DNA of 64,000 nucleotides. It comes from Candidatus Omnitrophota bacterium (GTDB lineage Bacteria; Omnitrophota; Gorgyraeia; Gygaellales; Profunditerraquicolaceae). The notes under the pieces were generated by a model that searched no databases, had not been told where the DNA came from, and saw nothing but the letters and a program-made list of their open reading frames with translations. Numbering within the stretch: the stretch's first letter is position 1; each line of letters begins with the position of its first letter. The stretch lies in NCBI GenBank assembly GCA_041662125.1, contig JBAZTA010000001.1, positions 3,118 to 67,117 on the forward strand, written 5' to 3'. The translations under genes were made by a program, and so were the position numbers. This document shows, piece after piece, positions 42,020 through 50,704 of this stretch.

Positions 42020-42889
42020 TTATTGTGCTCTTGGTCTTGTAGGAGTCCTGACTGCTGTTACTGCTCCCGTACCGGTAGTTGCCGCGGCTGCGCCACCTGC
42101 TGCTGCTGTTAAAGGTTCAGTTACCGGATTAATTATCCTGGTAACTTTTGCCATGATTGTTGATGGAACGTATAATACATCCCCGGGATGCATATCAATA
42201 TTCTGTTTAAGATTCCCCCCATAAAGAAGGGAATATAAATTCACGTATTTAGTTTTGGGGTTACCTTTCTTATCAGGAGTGATCAAACGGCATTTTCTGG
42301 TTGCAGATGCTAATGTAGGAAGCCCTGCCTCAACGATTGCTTCTCGTACCGGCATACTTTCAGAACGCATATAATATTTACCTGGCCTGCCAACCTCTCC
42401 TAATACATAGTAAACCTTACTACGGTATTCTAAAATAGTAACGTTAACTTCAGGATTAACCGCGTATGTTGATATAAGCTGTCTTATTTTGGCTTCTAAT
42501 TCTTTTTTAGTCAAGCCCGTTACATCAACATCCCCGACATATTCATACTGAATCTTGCCTTCTAAATTCACGGGGAATACACCGCTAAATTCCTGGTGGC
42601 GCTGAACCGTAATTTCAATAATATCATCAGGGCCAAGGGTATAAATCACTTCTTCGTTAGTTTTCACTGCTTTAGCCTCTGTAGCTGCCGGTACTAGTTG
42701 TTCTTGAACTTGAGCTTGGACAACTTCTGACGCTTGTTGAGCAGGCGCCTGCACTGTTGCCTCTGTAACCACAACAGTTTCTTGCGATTTCTTCACAGTC
42801 TCTTGAGCGCTCACCCAGGATATATGTAAAAAAGATATAATTAACACCAAACAAAAGCTAAATTTCTTTACCATTTCCATCCTCCACAT
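42020..42889 (-). CDS. Polysaccharide export outer-membrane/periplasmic protein (Wza family)
   Basis: Signal peptide; Poly_export-type PGDVLYVP motif. Confidence 0.7.
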   Translation of the reverse strand: MWRMEMVKKFSFCLVLIISFLHISWVSAQETVKKSQETVVVTEATVQAPAQQASEVVQAQVQEQLVPAATEAKAVKTNEEVIYTLGPDDIIEITVQRHQEFSGVFPVNLEGKIQYEYVGDVDVTGLTKKELEAKIRQLISTYAVNPEVNVTILEYRSKVYYVLGEVGRPGKYYMRSESMPVREAIVEAGLPTLASATRKCRLITPDKKGNPKTKYVNLYSLLYGGNLKQNIDMHPGDVLYVPSTIMAKVTRIINPVTEPLTAAAGGAAAATTGTGAVTAVRTPTRPRAQ

Positions 42890-43073
42890 AAAAAATTATA
42901 GTCTCTTTAAAGTTTTTAAGCTTCTTAAAATCCAGCTTATCGTAAATCCTCCAGCCGCGCCAATCTCGCTTAGGCTGTTGGACTTTACCGGATTTCTCCC
43001 AACGAACGATCGTTTTAGGAGTCACTCCGATCCTGTCTGCAACATCTGTTATAGTCATTTTGCTGTTCCCCAC
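42858..43073 (-). CDS. Small helix-turn-helix DNA-binding protein (MerR/excisionase-like HTH)
   Basis: 71 aa; ITDVADRIGVTPKTIVRWEKSGK. Confidence 0.55.
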   Translation of the reverse strand: MGNSKMTITDVADRIGVTPKTIVRWEKSGKVQQPKRDWRGWRIYDKLDFKKLKNFKETIIFYVEDGNGKEI

Positions 43074-43106
43074 CTCAGCCCCCTTTTAGTAATTAGGTAA
43101 TTTTAT

Positions 43107-43142
43107 TGTCCTACTATGTCCTGGTATGTCTATGTCTGTCCA
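43107..43142 (-). promoter_or_regulatory. Direct GACATA/GGACA repeats in promoter region of HTH-wza operon
   Basis: Minus strand reads GGACAGACATAGACATACCAGGACATAGTAGGACA, 35-70 bp upstream of HTH start. Confidence 0.35.
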
Positions 43143-43448
43143 ATAAGTACGTATATATAATATATAAGCATTATACATGCCAAGTCAAGAGCTTAATTAA
43201 ATAATTAATAACAAGTACTGTAAGTGGCTGAAGATAATACGCTTGCGAATGCTTTATTGTCCCGGAAAATTAGAAGAAAAAAGAGGGAAAATTGAAATGT
43301 TGCGGAAATGAAACTTTTAGCTTTAGTTTAGATTTTGTTATTGCTTCAGAGCACTAATTGTAAGTCACTGCAGGATATAGCTTTATACCATGTGTTGTTT
43401 TATGTAAACAGGTGTTTGTAAAGATTACAAAAAGTATCGCTATATCTT

Positions 43449-43534
43449 AAGACCGGGTCTTTTTAATAATAAAATACAACCATTCAAGACCCGGTCTTGG
43501 CTGGTGATTTTAATTATAGAAAAGACCGGGTCTT
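43449..43534. repeat. REP/BIME-like cluster: 3 alternating 13-mers
   Basis: 43449-43461, 43486-43498, 43522-43534. Confidence 0.8.
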
Positions 43535-43548
43535 GGTCTTGTAGAATC

Positions 43549-43872
43549 TTATCTCTGCTGTTGCTGAGGCGGCTGTTGCCCCTGAGAAGGCATATTCATC
43601 CTTTGGGAAGAATGAAATCTCATCGGATCATTCTGGAAATTACGCATCATATCATTGTTGCGCGGGCACATTTTAGACATTAAAAACAGATTATTCGCGA
43701 TCAAAAAGAAACTTAAAACAATGATAAAGATCCCAATAGCCAAACCGATCTGTTTCATAGTCTTCTCTTCCTGATTGGCAAAATAACACACAATATAACC
43801 TAATGCTAATGCCACCAATAATACCGCTTCATTCGCCAAACTCATCTCGATACCAGGCATTCCACCCATCAT
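43549..43872 (-). CDS. Small membrane protein with Gln-rich C-terminus
   Basis: 107 aa; two hydrophobic helices; C-terminal QGQQPPQQQQR. Confidence 0.4.
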   Translation of the reverse strand: MMGGMPGIEMSLANEAVLLVALALGYIVCYFANQEEKTMKQIGLAIGIFIIVLSFFLIANNLFLMSKMCPRNNDMMRNFQNDPMRFHSSQRMNMPSQGQQPPQQQQR

Positions 43873-43910
43873 AAGTCCCTCCTCATTTAGGTTAATTACC
43901 AGATCATTTA

Positions 43911-44093
43911 CTATTTAATACAATCAATCCTCCAGCAACACGCCAGTTGCTCGCAATAACTCTTCATACTGGCAAAACAGTCATAATTACCTTCTTTTCG
44001 CTGTATCATCCGGATCAACTCTTTTTTGGGATATTTCCATGGATCCCGCATGCCTAACCCTTTTGCTTTTTTCTGAACCTCAGAAAGACGCAT
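43911..44093 (-). CDS. Small Cys-rich protein (5 Cys in last 22 aa)
   Basis: 60 aa; RBS-like GGGAGG upstream; CFASMKSYCEQLACCWRIDC. Confidence 0.4.
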   Translation of the reverse strand: MRLSEVQKKAKGLGMRDPWKYPKKELIRMIQRKEGNYDCFASMKSYCEQLACCWRIDCIK

Positions 44094-44138
44094 ACTTACC
44101 TCCCTTTACCTATATATGTAACGACCGACATTTTAAAA

Positions 44139-44205
44139 GATTGCTTCGCCCCTTCGGGGCTCGCAATGACACGAATTGAAACGCTCGCAATGACACAAGA
44201 GCGAT
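44139..44205 (-). other. Second copy of the same leader motif (CGCAATGACAC duplicated) upstream of small Cys-rich ORF
   Basis: GATTGCTTCGCCCCTTCGGGGCTCGCAATGACACgaattgaaacgCTCGCAATGACAC. Confidence 0.5.
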
Positions 44206-44210
44206 ATCTT

Positions 44211-44260
44211 AAGACCGGGTCTTGGCTGTAACTAAAATTTAGCTGTTAAGACCCGGTCTT
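44211..44260. repeat. REP-like 50-nt hairpin element
   Basis: 44211-44223 and 44248-44260, 24-nt spacer. Confidence 0.8.
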
Positions 44261-44282
44261 ATCAAAGCAACGCTCTTTAACA

Positions 44283-44996
44283 CTAAATATAGAAAGCCCT
44301 TCTTAAATCATCCCTGCGGCGTTCCGCAGCCAAAACAAAATCACTTATCTTTGCCTGATCGTAAAGCGCGAAGCTGTTATTAAGAGAAAACGACGCTAAT
44401 TGAATCCCTTTACTCACCTTGCCATCCTGGGAAGCAGTTTCCATGATCGCAAACGTAGCCAATTCCAAGCTATGGCTTAACGAGATTTCTTTAGTATATA
44501 ACGTGTTCAATAAATAGGTTGCTAGTGGCGTGATCCCTATCGCCATAAACCCCAGCAAAGTCCATCGGTGCGGCGCAAAATTGCGTTCGCTATGCAAAGT
44601 GAATATCTCCGGAGAGTCAATAAAACGAGCGTTACCGATATCCTTACGATATCCAACCAAAACAATATGCAAGGTCGGACGGTCTTCAAAGGCCACCTCA
44701 TCAAACCATTCATTATATTTCTTTATCGCGCAGTCACGGCAGGTGATCAACAATTCATCAACGCTTAAAAGCCGGTAATTCGGAATTTGGTGCAATTCAT
44801 AATAAATTACATCAATAATACTTGACCCCAGCCCTCCGTCACCGGCGATAGCCAACCCGCAAAAATCGCTGAGTTCAAAAACCTTCTTTACCGTGTCATT
44901 AACGGTCGTTGGACCACGGGGGTCACCGCTGGTGACCCTGCTGTCAGCAGCAATCGCTATACCGTCTTTCGCAATAATACCAATAGCCAGAGTCAT
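44283..44996 (-). CDS. Proteasome-family Ntn hydrolase homolog (Anbu/HslV-like) with Thr immediately after Met
   Basis: 237 aa; MTLAIGIIAKDGIAIAADSRVTSG ... GLAIAGDGG. Confidence 0.6.
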   Translation of the reverse strand: MTLAIGIIAKDGIAIAADSRVTSGDPRGPTTVNDTVKKVFELSDFCGLAIAGDGGLGSSIIDVIYYELHQIPNYRLLSVDELLITCRDCAIKKYNEWFDEVAFEDRPTLHIVLVGYRKDIGNARFIDSPEIFTLHSERNFAPHRWTLLGFMAIGITPLATYLLNTLYTKEISLSHSLELATFAIMETASQDGKVSKGIQLASFSLNNSFALYDQAKISDFVLAAERRRDDLRRAFYI

Positions 44997-45391
44997 TATA
45001 CTTTGTAGACCTTGTCTTTGGTCCTTACCCGGGAATCAACCAAAAGCCCGATCTCATCGCCCTTCTTAGCTTTTTGAATAGAAACCCTATCGATCTGCAT
45101 TGAGATTATTTTCTGCTTAAAATCTGTTGTAAACCCTTTAATCCGTATCGTGTCTCCTACTAAAACAGGCGATTTTAATTTTATCACCGCTGCCCTGACT
45201 TGCGTAAAATAATGCGTGATCTCACCCAAAAGGAACTCTTTTTTCTTAGGTTTCTTAGATGACTTTGCAGGAGGGGAAGAAGGTTTTTTCTTTGCAACAG
45301 GTTTTTTCGCAACAACCTTCTTGAGCGGCTTTTTCTTAATGATTTTCTTCTTTGAAGCTGAAGCTGATCTTTTTTTCTTCTTCAAAACCAT
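44996..45391 (-). CDS. Lys-rich (histone H1-like tail) protein with C-terminal beta-barrel domain
   Basis: 131 aa; N-terminal 50 aa >50% Lys; stop overlaps start of proteasome homolog. Confidence 0.45.
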   Translation of the reverse strand: MVLKKKKRSASASKKKIIKKKPLKKVVAKKPVAKKKPSSPPAKSSKKPKKKEFLLGEITHYFTQVRAAVIKLKSPVLVGDTIRIKGFTTDFKQKIISMQIDRVSIQKAKKGDEIGLLVDSRVRTKDKVYKV

Positions 45392-45478
45392 ATTCCCTCC
45401 TCATCTCAATCGGGAAACCAAAGGATCAAGAAAGTAAAAGCCTTGTTCAGGTTAATACGTAAGATAATAAAGGAGATA

Positions 45479-46555
45479 CTAAACTTCAACCAGGGAATCC
45501 ATCTGGCCGTATGGATTCAATGCTTTTGTAGGGTTACTGGGGTCTTCAGTCCAGACACCGTCAACCACAAACCGGTAACGGTAACTCCCCGGACCGACGT
45601 TTAATTTCCTCGTCCACATGCCATCCCTTTTCTCCATAGTGCTCGCTTTATCGAGTTTCCAATCATTAAATTCACCCACCAGGAAAACTTCTTTTGCCGC
45701 AGGCGCATAGATAGAGAAAGTTAATTGGTTCAATTTCGGGATTTCTTCTTTCAAGATCTCCACCAATTTATCATGGATGGCAGGCATAACATTGGAGAAT
45801 TTCTCATTCATAATGACTTCACGGGACAAACTAAAATAATCCTTGGTCCCTCGGGAATATTTATCATATGCCAGAACATGTTTACCCGCATTCTGGGCTT
45901 CTTTAAGCTTGACATTAACGTGGACGATCGTATTAAATAACCGGTCTTTAAACGCAACCTTGATCTTGTCCAGCATGGTAAATGAATGACGAAGCCGAGA
46001 GTCAAAATTAGTCAATAAGACCCACCAGGCGACAGTGTGGTTGAGCCGTTCACGCACTAAATCCATGATCTCAACTAACTGAGTTAAACCTTCCAAAGAA
46101 AACCTGCTTGCTTCAACAGGTATAATGATCTCATCGGTGGCGCGGATAGCATTGATAGTCAAAAGGCCTAAATTAGGCGGGCAATCAATGATAATATAGT
46201 CATAACTATGCTTGAATTCATTGAGTTTATCCCAAAGACGCGATTCACGGCCGATCTCACCGGCTAATTCCTGTTCAAGAGTACTCAAGACTATTCTCGA
46301 TGGAGCAATATCGAAATTATCGTCAACCTTCTGGATGATATCGCTGAATTTTGCCTTCTTATTCGTTAATTTTGAAAGGACATTATAAATACTAAGATCA
46401 GCTTTTATATTCAAACCTAATGTCGCATGCGCCTGAGGATCCAGATCTACGAGCAATACGTTACGTTTATTCGCTGCTAACGATGCAGCCAGGTTCACCG
46501 CTGTCGTTGTTTTGCCACAACCACCTTTTTGATTCGTGATTGAGATGATGCGCAT
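45479..46555 (-). CDS. ParA/MinD-family deviant Walker ATPase fused to C-terminal CBM48/AMPK-beta-like glycogen-binding domain
   Basis: KGGCGKTT deviant Walker A; C-terminal [20 protein letters not shown]...[18 protein letters not shown]. Confidence 0.7.
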   Translation of the reverse strand: MRIISITNQKGGCGKTTTAVNLAASLAANKRNVLLVDLDPQAHATLGLNIKADLSIYNVLSKLTNKKAKFSDIIQKVDDNFDIAPSRIVLSTLEQELAGEIGRESRLWDKLNEFKHSYDYIIIDCPPNLGLLTINAIRATDEIIIPVEASRFSLEGLTQLVEIMDLVRERLNHTVAWWVLLTNFDSRLRHSFTMLDKIKVAFKDRLFNTIVHVNVKLKEAQNAGKHVLAYDKYSRGTKDYFSLSREVIMNEKFSNVMPAIHDKLVEILKEEIPKLNQLTFSIYAPAAKEVFLVGEFNDWKLDKASTMEKRDGMWTRKLNVGPGSYRYRFVVDGVWTEDPSNPTKALNPYGQMDSLVEV

Positions 46556-46618
46556 ACCTCATCCTCCTTTGCTCAATAGATTATTAACCTACGTCACCTT
46601 GGCTCATGAATGAATTAA

Positions 46619-47275
46619 TTAATGCAATAACCGGACATTATCCAAATACACAGCCCCATCTTTATTAAGGGCATTCCATTCTTCTATGATAAAAGATACA
46701 CTGGACATCTCTGTCCAATCGGTTATTTGCTTGAAATCATCGAGATTTATCTTAAACGCTTGCCACTTGTTCGTCAGGTCTCTTATATATATCTCAGACT
46801 TTTCATTGAACGCATTAACAAACTCAACGCGCAGCGCCAGTGAATCCATATAGTTTGATTTCTTACCCGAGAATTCCAAAACGTGATAGAAAACAAGGTT
46901 CTGCTTATTCAAATTAATGGAGAAAAGCTGCTTTTGGGAAGGATTAAAACTATACCCTATCTTAATGACTTCGGGATGCAGGACGTGCGTAACCTGTGAG
47001 GAGAGCGTAATATTCTTGCCTCTGGTGAGGGCAAATGAAACCAGGAACAAGAATACAACCAACACTACCGCGATGCCGATGAAGACAACATGCTTTGACT
47101 CACGCGGTTTCTCTTTATTAACCTGGTCCCGCCGCAGAGGAGTATCTAAATATATTTTTGCAAGGTGTTCATAAATATCTTTTTTTTCCATTTCATCTTT
47201 TTTATAACATAAAACCGGGTCGATGTCAACAGGTTTAACCAATTTAATAGTACGATTTCTTTTTCGCGCGGTCAT
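46619..47275 (-). CDS. Membrane-anchored hypothetical protein with C-terminal beta-sandwich (CBM-like) domain
   Basis: 218 aa; one TM; C-terminal GAVYLDNVRLL. Confidence 0.35.
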   Translation of the reverse strand: MTARKRNRTIKLVKPVDIDPVLCYKKDEMEKKDIYEHLAKIYLDTPLRRDQVNKEKPRESKHVVFIGIAVVLVVFLFLVSFALTRGKNITLSSQVTHVLHPEVIKIGYSFNPSQKQLFSINLNKQNLVFYHVLEFSGKKSNYMDSLALRVEFVNAFNEKSEIYIRDLTNKWQAFKINLDDFKQITDWTEMSSVSFIIEEWNALNKDGAVYLDNVRLLH

Positions 47276-47286
47276 TTTTTCATATT

Positions 47287-48849
47287 TTAAAATGAATCCA
47301 ATGGCTTCTTTAAATATTCAGGGATCTCTTTATTGATCAATGTATAAAAATTAGATAAGTGCGTTCGGAAAAGTTTGTCAAACCGCCCCCCATCATCGCC
47401 ATCGCCATACCACCAGAACCAATCGCTTCCTTCACAGATATACATCTGTTTCCACGCCATTTCACTGATCGTCCCGCCGGCATCACGTATCTTTTTTAAT
47501 TCTTCCCGGGCAAGCGCTAAATACTCCCAGGCGCGGACCTTAAAAGGATTGCCGATCCATTTTCCGAAATCGCCATAGATCCACGACCCCGTCCCCAAAG
47601 TATCTATTTCATGTTGAGCGGGGAATTTTCCCAGGTATTCAGAAACGGTAACCGTCTTTAAGAACGCTGCTTCAGAAAGCTTCTTATATAATACATTCAA
47701 GAAATCATGGCCGTCATTAGTAAAATGCTCCCAGGCATTCTCTCCATCCATGGCAATGGTCACTAAAACATCTTCATGTTTAAAAGCGGTGGCGATGTTC
47801 TCTAAATGTTTTAAAAGATCGGCTACCGCATCCTCCGGCCGCCAGCTATGATAGACGAATCCGATCAAATCAGAAAGATTGCGGTCCCTGAAAATTATAT
47901 TAACATTGCCTTCCTTGCGTTTTAAAAGATGAGGCTGATACAATAACACCGTATCCCTCTTCTTTTTCTTTAATGATTTAAATAAAATCGCTTCATCAGT
48001 GACGATCCATTTTACCCCCGACTGAATAATGAAGGGAAGTATCTGTTCACAAACCGACTCTTCAGACGGCCACATACCTGCGGCAGTTGCTCCAAACCTC
48101 GTCTTATAAAAATCAAGGGCGCTATCAATCTGCGCTTTAGCATCCTCAGGATACGCAAACGGGATACTCGGCAATAGAGTTTTAGGATTCGCGTCCCGGG
48201 CGGTGTTAGTGCTATATAATAAAGGTAATATAGGATGGTAATAGGGGCTTATCGTAACCTCGACTTGTTTACCTGCAACGCATTTCTTATACGCGGGGAT
48301 GATCTCTTCAATGATCTCAAACTGCTTATCCAGAACAACCAGCTTATCATCTTCGGAGAAAAACCTCCCCTTGTCCACGATAGCGCGCAGATCAGGCATA
48401 TTCTGACGGAAAGAGGGGTCAAACCATGCCAAGTTAAACCAGACCTGCAGATCTAAATAATCCTGAGTGTTAAACTCTTTACGGGATGCTTTCTTGAAGA
48501 ATAATTCATAATACCGGGGATGCATCGCGATTACTTTATCCTTGTTGATCATAAAAAAATTGTTCAGGATAAACTCTTTTTCGTCGAGCAGTAATTCAGC
48601 CGCCGGCTTATAGGAAAGTTCTAAAAATTTATCTTTTACTATGCCATGCGCATAATCTTCGACCTGCTCTAATAAAGACGGGACAAGATTAAATGTTAAA
48701 TGGACTGCAGGATATTTTTCTACGAGCCTGACCATATCCAGGTAATCTTTTATCGCGTGCAGCCGCACCCAGGGTAAATCTGTCTCCTGAGTAAGGAGGT
48801 TCTTGTAATACGGCTGGTGCATGTGGAAGATTATGGCGAGATAAAGCAT
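47287..48849 (-). CDS. Glycoside hydrolase family 57 protein (alpha-glucan acting)
   Basis: 520 aa; N-terminal IIFHMHQPYY GH57 signature. Confidence 0.75.
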   Translation of the reverse strand: MLYLAIIFHMHQPYYKNLLTQETDLPWVRLHAIKDYLDMVRLVEKYPAVHLTFNLVPSLLEQVEDYAHGIVKDKFLELSYKPAAELLLDEKEFILNNFFMINKDKVIAMHPRYYELFFKKASRKEFNTQDYLDLQVWFNLAWFDPSFRQNMPDLRAIVDKGRFFSEDDKLVVLDKQFEIIEEIIPAYKKCVAGKQVEVTISPYYHPILPLLYSTNTARDANPKTLLPSIPFAYPEDAKAQIDSALDFYKTRFGATAAGMWPSEESVCEQILPFIIQSGVKWIVTDEAILFKSLKKKKRDTVLLYQPHLLKRKEGNVNIIFRDRNLSDLIGFVYHSWRPEDAVADLLKHLENIATAFKHEDVLVTIAMDGENAWEHFTNDGHDFLNVLYKKLSEAAFLKTVTVSEYLGKFPAQHEIDTLGTGSWIYGDFGKWIGNPFKVRAWEYLALAREELKKIRDAGGTISEMAWKQMYICEGSDWFWWYGDGDDGGRFDKLFRTHLSNFYTLINKEIPEYLKKPLDSF

Positions 48850-48865
48850 AGGGAATTTATTGGCC

Positions 48866-48982
48866 TGTGTGTTGTTTTCTACAACTTACACCCGGCGCTT
48901 ATAGGAAATGCGCCGGTGTGTTGCTTTCCGCTCACCCGGCCATATTGGAAAATGGCCGGTGTGCCGCTTTCTGCGGCAACAA
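48866..48982 (-). repeat. 2.5 tandem copies of a ~45-bp hairpin-forming unit (ACCCGGC...GCCGGTGTG)
   Basis: Units start gtgtgttgttttc / gtgtgttgctttc / gtgtgccgctttc; each contains an imperfect 9-11-bp inverted repeat. Confidence 0.6.
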
Positions 48983-48986
48983 AAAA

Positions 48987-49014
48987 CCCCCGGGGGAAAC
49001 GTACCCCCCGAGGG
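48987..49014 (-). terminator. Rho-independent terminator for the OM beta-barrel gene
   Basis: Minus strand CCCTCGGGGGGTACGTTTCCCCCGGGGG followed by TTTTTT, 25 nt after stop. Confidence 0.6.
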
Positions 49015-49039
49015 CATATTAATTACATGATCGCTACTA

Positions 49040-50473
49040 TTAGAATGTCACCTTCATGGAACCGACAACCTGGCTGGCTTTTTTATTATTTCCAGCGACA
49101 AACACATTACCAGGCATGAATATTCCGGTATTTAAACCGAACTGAACGTCTTCAGTATAATCATAGGTAACACCTAAATCAATTTCACTACCAAGATATT
49201 TCTTACCGGCTTTTACCGCGTAGGTAGGATCTCCCGCGACTCCTGAGAAATTAATCAGATTATTACCGGTAAAAGAATTGTTAAGCCTTATATAGTAGTA
49301 ATTCAACGCTACTTTTAGGTCTTCCATCGGCTTAACACTGCCATTCAAATTCAACAACTGCGCATTCGAGTACCCTAAGATCTTGTTGAATAAGGTCCCG
49401 CCTGCCTGATCTTCGAACATGGGATCCCAACCTGTATAGCTATCAGAAGTACTGCGAGCTTTATCACCAGAAAGAAAGGTGTAGCTTCCGCCAACGCTTG
49501 GGGTATATTTCTTGCTCGGCATCGCCATATTCGCTATCGCTTGAAGAGCAAAAGCTCTAACCTGACGATTTTTATTTGCATCCGGCGCTGAAGCTACATC
49601 ATTCGGATACAAGGTTGTATTAGCCTGATGCTCGCCAAACTGGAAAGCGCCTTCTATCCCTAATATCATATTTTCGATGCCTGTGAAAGCTAATCTGGCA
49701 CCGGTTGTATTTAATGTTTCAGAGCTGGTGATAGCGCCAATGCTACCTGTATCTCTGTTTCTGGAGAACAAGTAAACCTCGGCATTCAAGTTATCATCAA
49801 TCTTGAAACCGGCGTTTACTCCATACAAATTAATATCATCTTCAATTGCGACGCTATTTTCATTGATCTTGGAATAAACAACATCAAGCACCAAAGGATC
49901 GAAATTCAAAGTTGCTCTCATCGCGTCAAATGCTTTGCTGCTGCTTAAATCATCCAAAGAACCAGGTAAACCACGCTTATCGGTAGTACCATGCCCAGTA
50001 CCAATACCATTGGTTGAAGCTGCGCCGATAACCAAACCATTACCGAATTTCATTTCCTGACGGCCGATGCTCAACGTTAAATGAGGATTCAAGAATTCCT
50101 TTAACGTAACATACGCCAAGTCCAAATCGATTTCGGTAGTATTGGCAACCGTAGTGGTTCCTGCGGCATTAAGCTGATTTCCAGCTCCCCACACTCTTTC
50201 GTTTAATAATCTGACTACGGTAGAGACATTATCAGTAAGATCAGCCTCAACTTTGACTCTCACGTTTGAAATTAATGCTGTGATCTTACGGCTGAAACCT
50301 TGGGTTGTCGCTGTTATATCAGCAGTTTTCAAAGATAAATTATTTCTAGCAACACCCATTACCGTGATATCTCCGCTGACTTTCACATTCTGGACCTCTG
50401 CGAATGCAGTAAAAGCCATACCTACTACAAACGCAAGAGCAATTACTACGATTAAACGTTTACTCATTTGCAT
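49040..50473 (-). CDS. Outer-membrane beta-barrel protein (porin-like), signal peptide, C-terminal Phe
   Basis: 477 aa; cleavable signal; alternating amphipathic strands; terminal ...KVTF. Confidence 0.55.
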   Translation of the reverse strand: MQMSKRLIVVIALAFVVGMAFTAFAEVQNVKVSGDITVMGVARNNLSLKTADITATTQGFSRKITALISNVRVKVEADLTDNVSTVVRLLNERVWGAGNQLNAAGTTTVANTTEIDLDLAYVTLKEFLNPHLTLSIGRQEMKFGNGLVIGAASTNGIGTGHGTTDKRGLPGSLDDLSSSKAFDAMRATLNFDPLVLDVVYSKINENSVAIEDDINLYGVNAGFKIDDNLNAEVYLFSRNRDTGSIGAITSSETLNTTGARLAFTGIENMILGIEGAFQFGEHQANTTLYPNDVASAPDANKNRQVRAFALQAIANMAMPSKKYTPSVGGSYTFLSGDKARSTSDSYTGWDPMFEDQAGGTLFNKILGYSNAQLLNLNGSVKPMEDLKVALNYYYIRLNNSFTGNNLINFSGVAGDPTYAVKAGKKYLGSEIDLGVTYDYTEDVQFGLNTGIFMPGNVFVAGNNKKASQVVGSMKVTF

Positions 50474-50704
50474 ACCTCCTTTAGAATATAAATGAAGAAT
50501 ATAATGAACTAGGTATCAAGGACTTTCTCCTAGAGAATTACATATATATGTATATCATTGGATTTTCCTGACTTCAGGCTTATTTTAACGTTCACCTCCT
50601 CTATGCCATGATTAAAGTCATATCCAATGGTATAACACCCGAATTGTATTATTTTTTAACATAATCGCCGGTACTTGTCAAGCATTTTTTTAGCTGGCGG
50701 TAAG

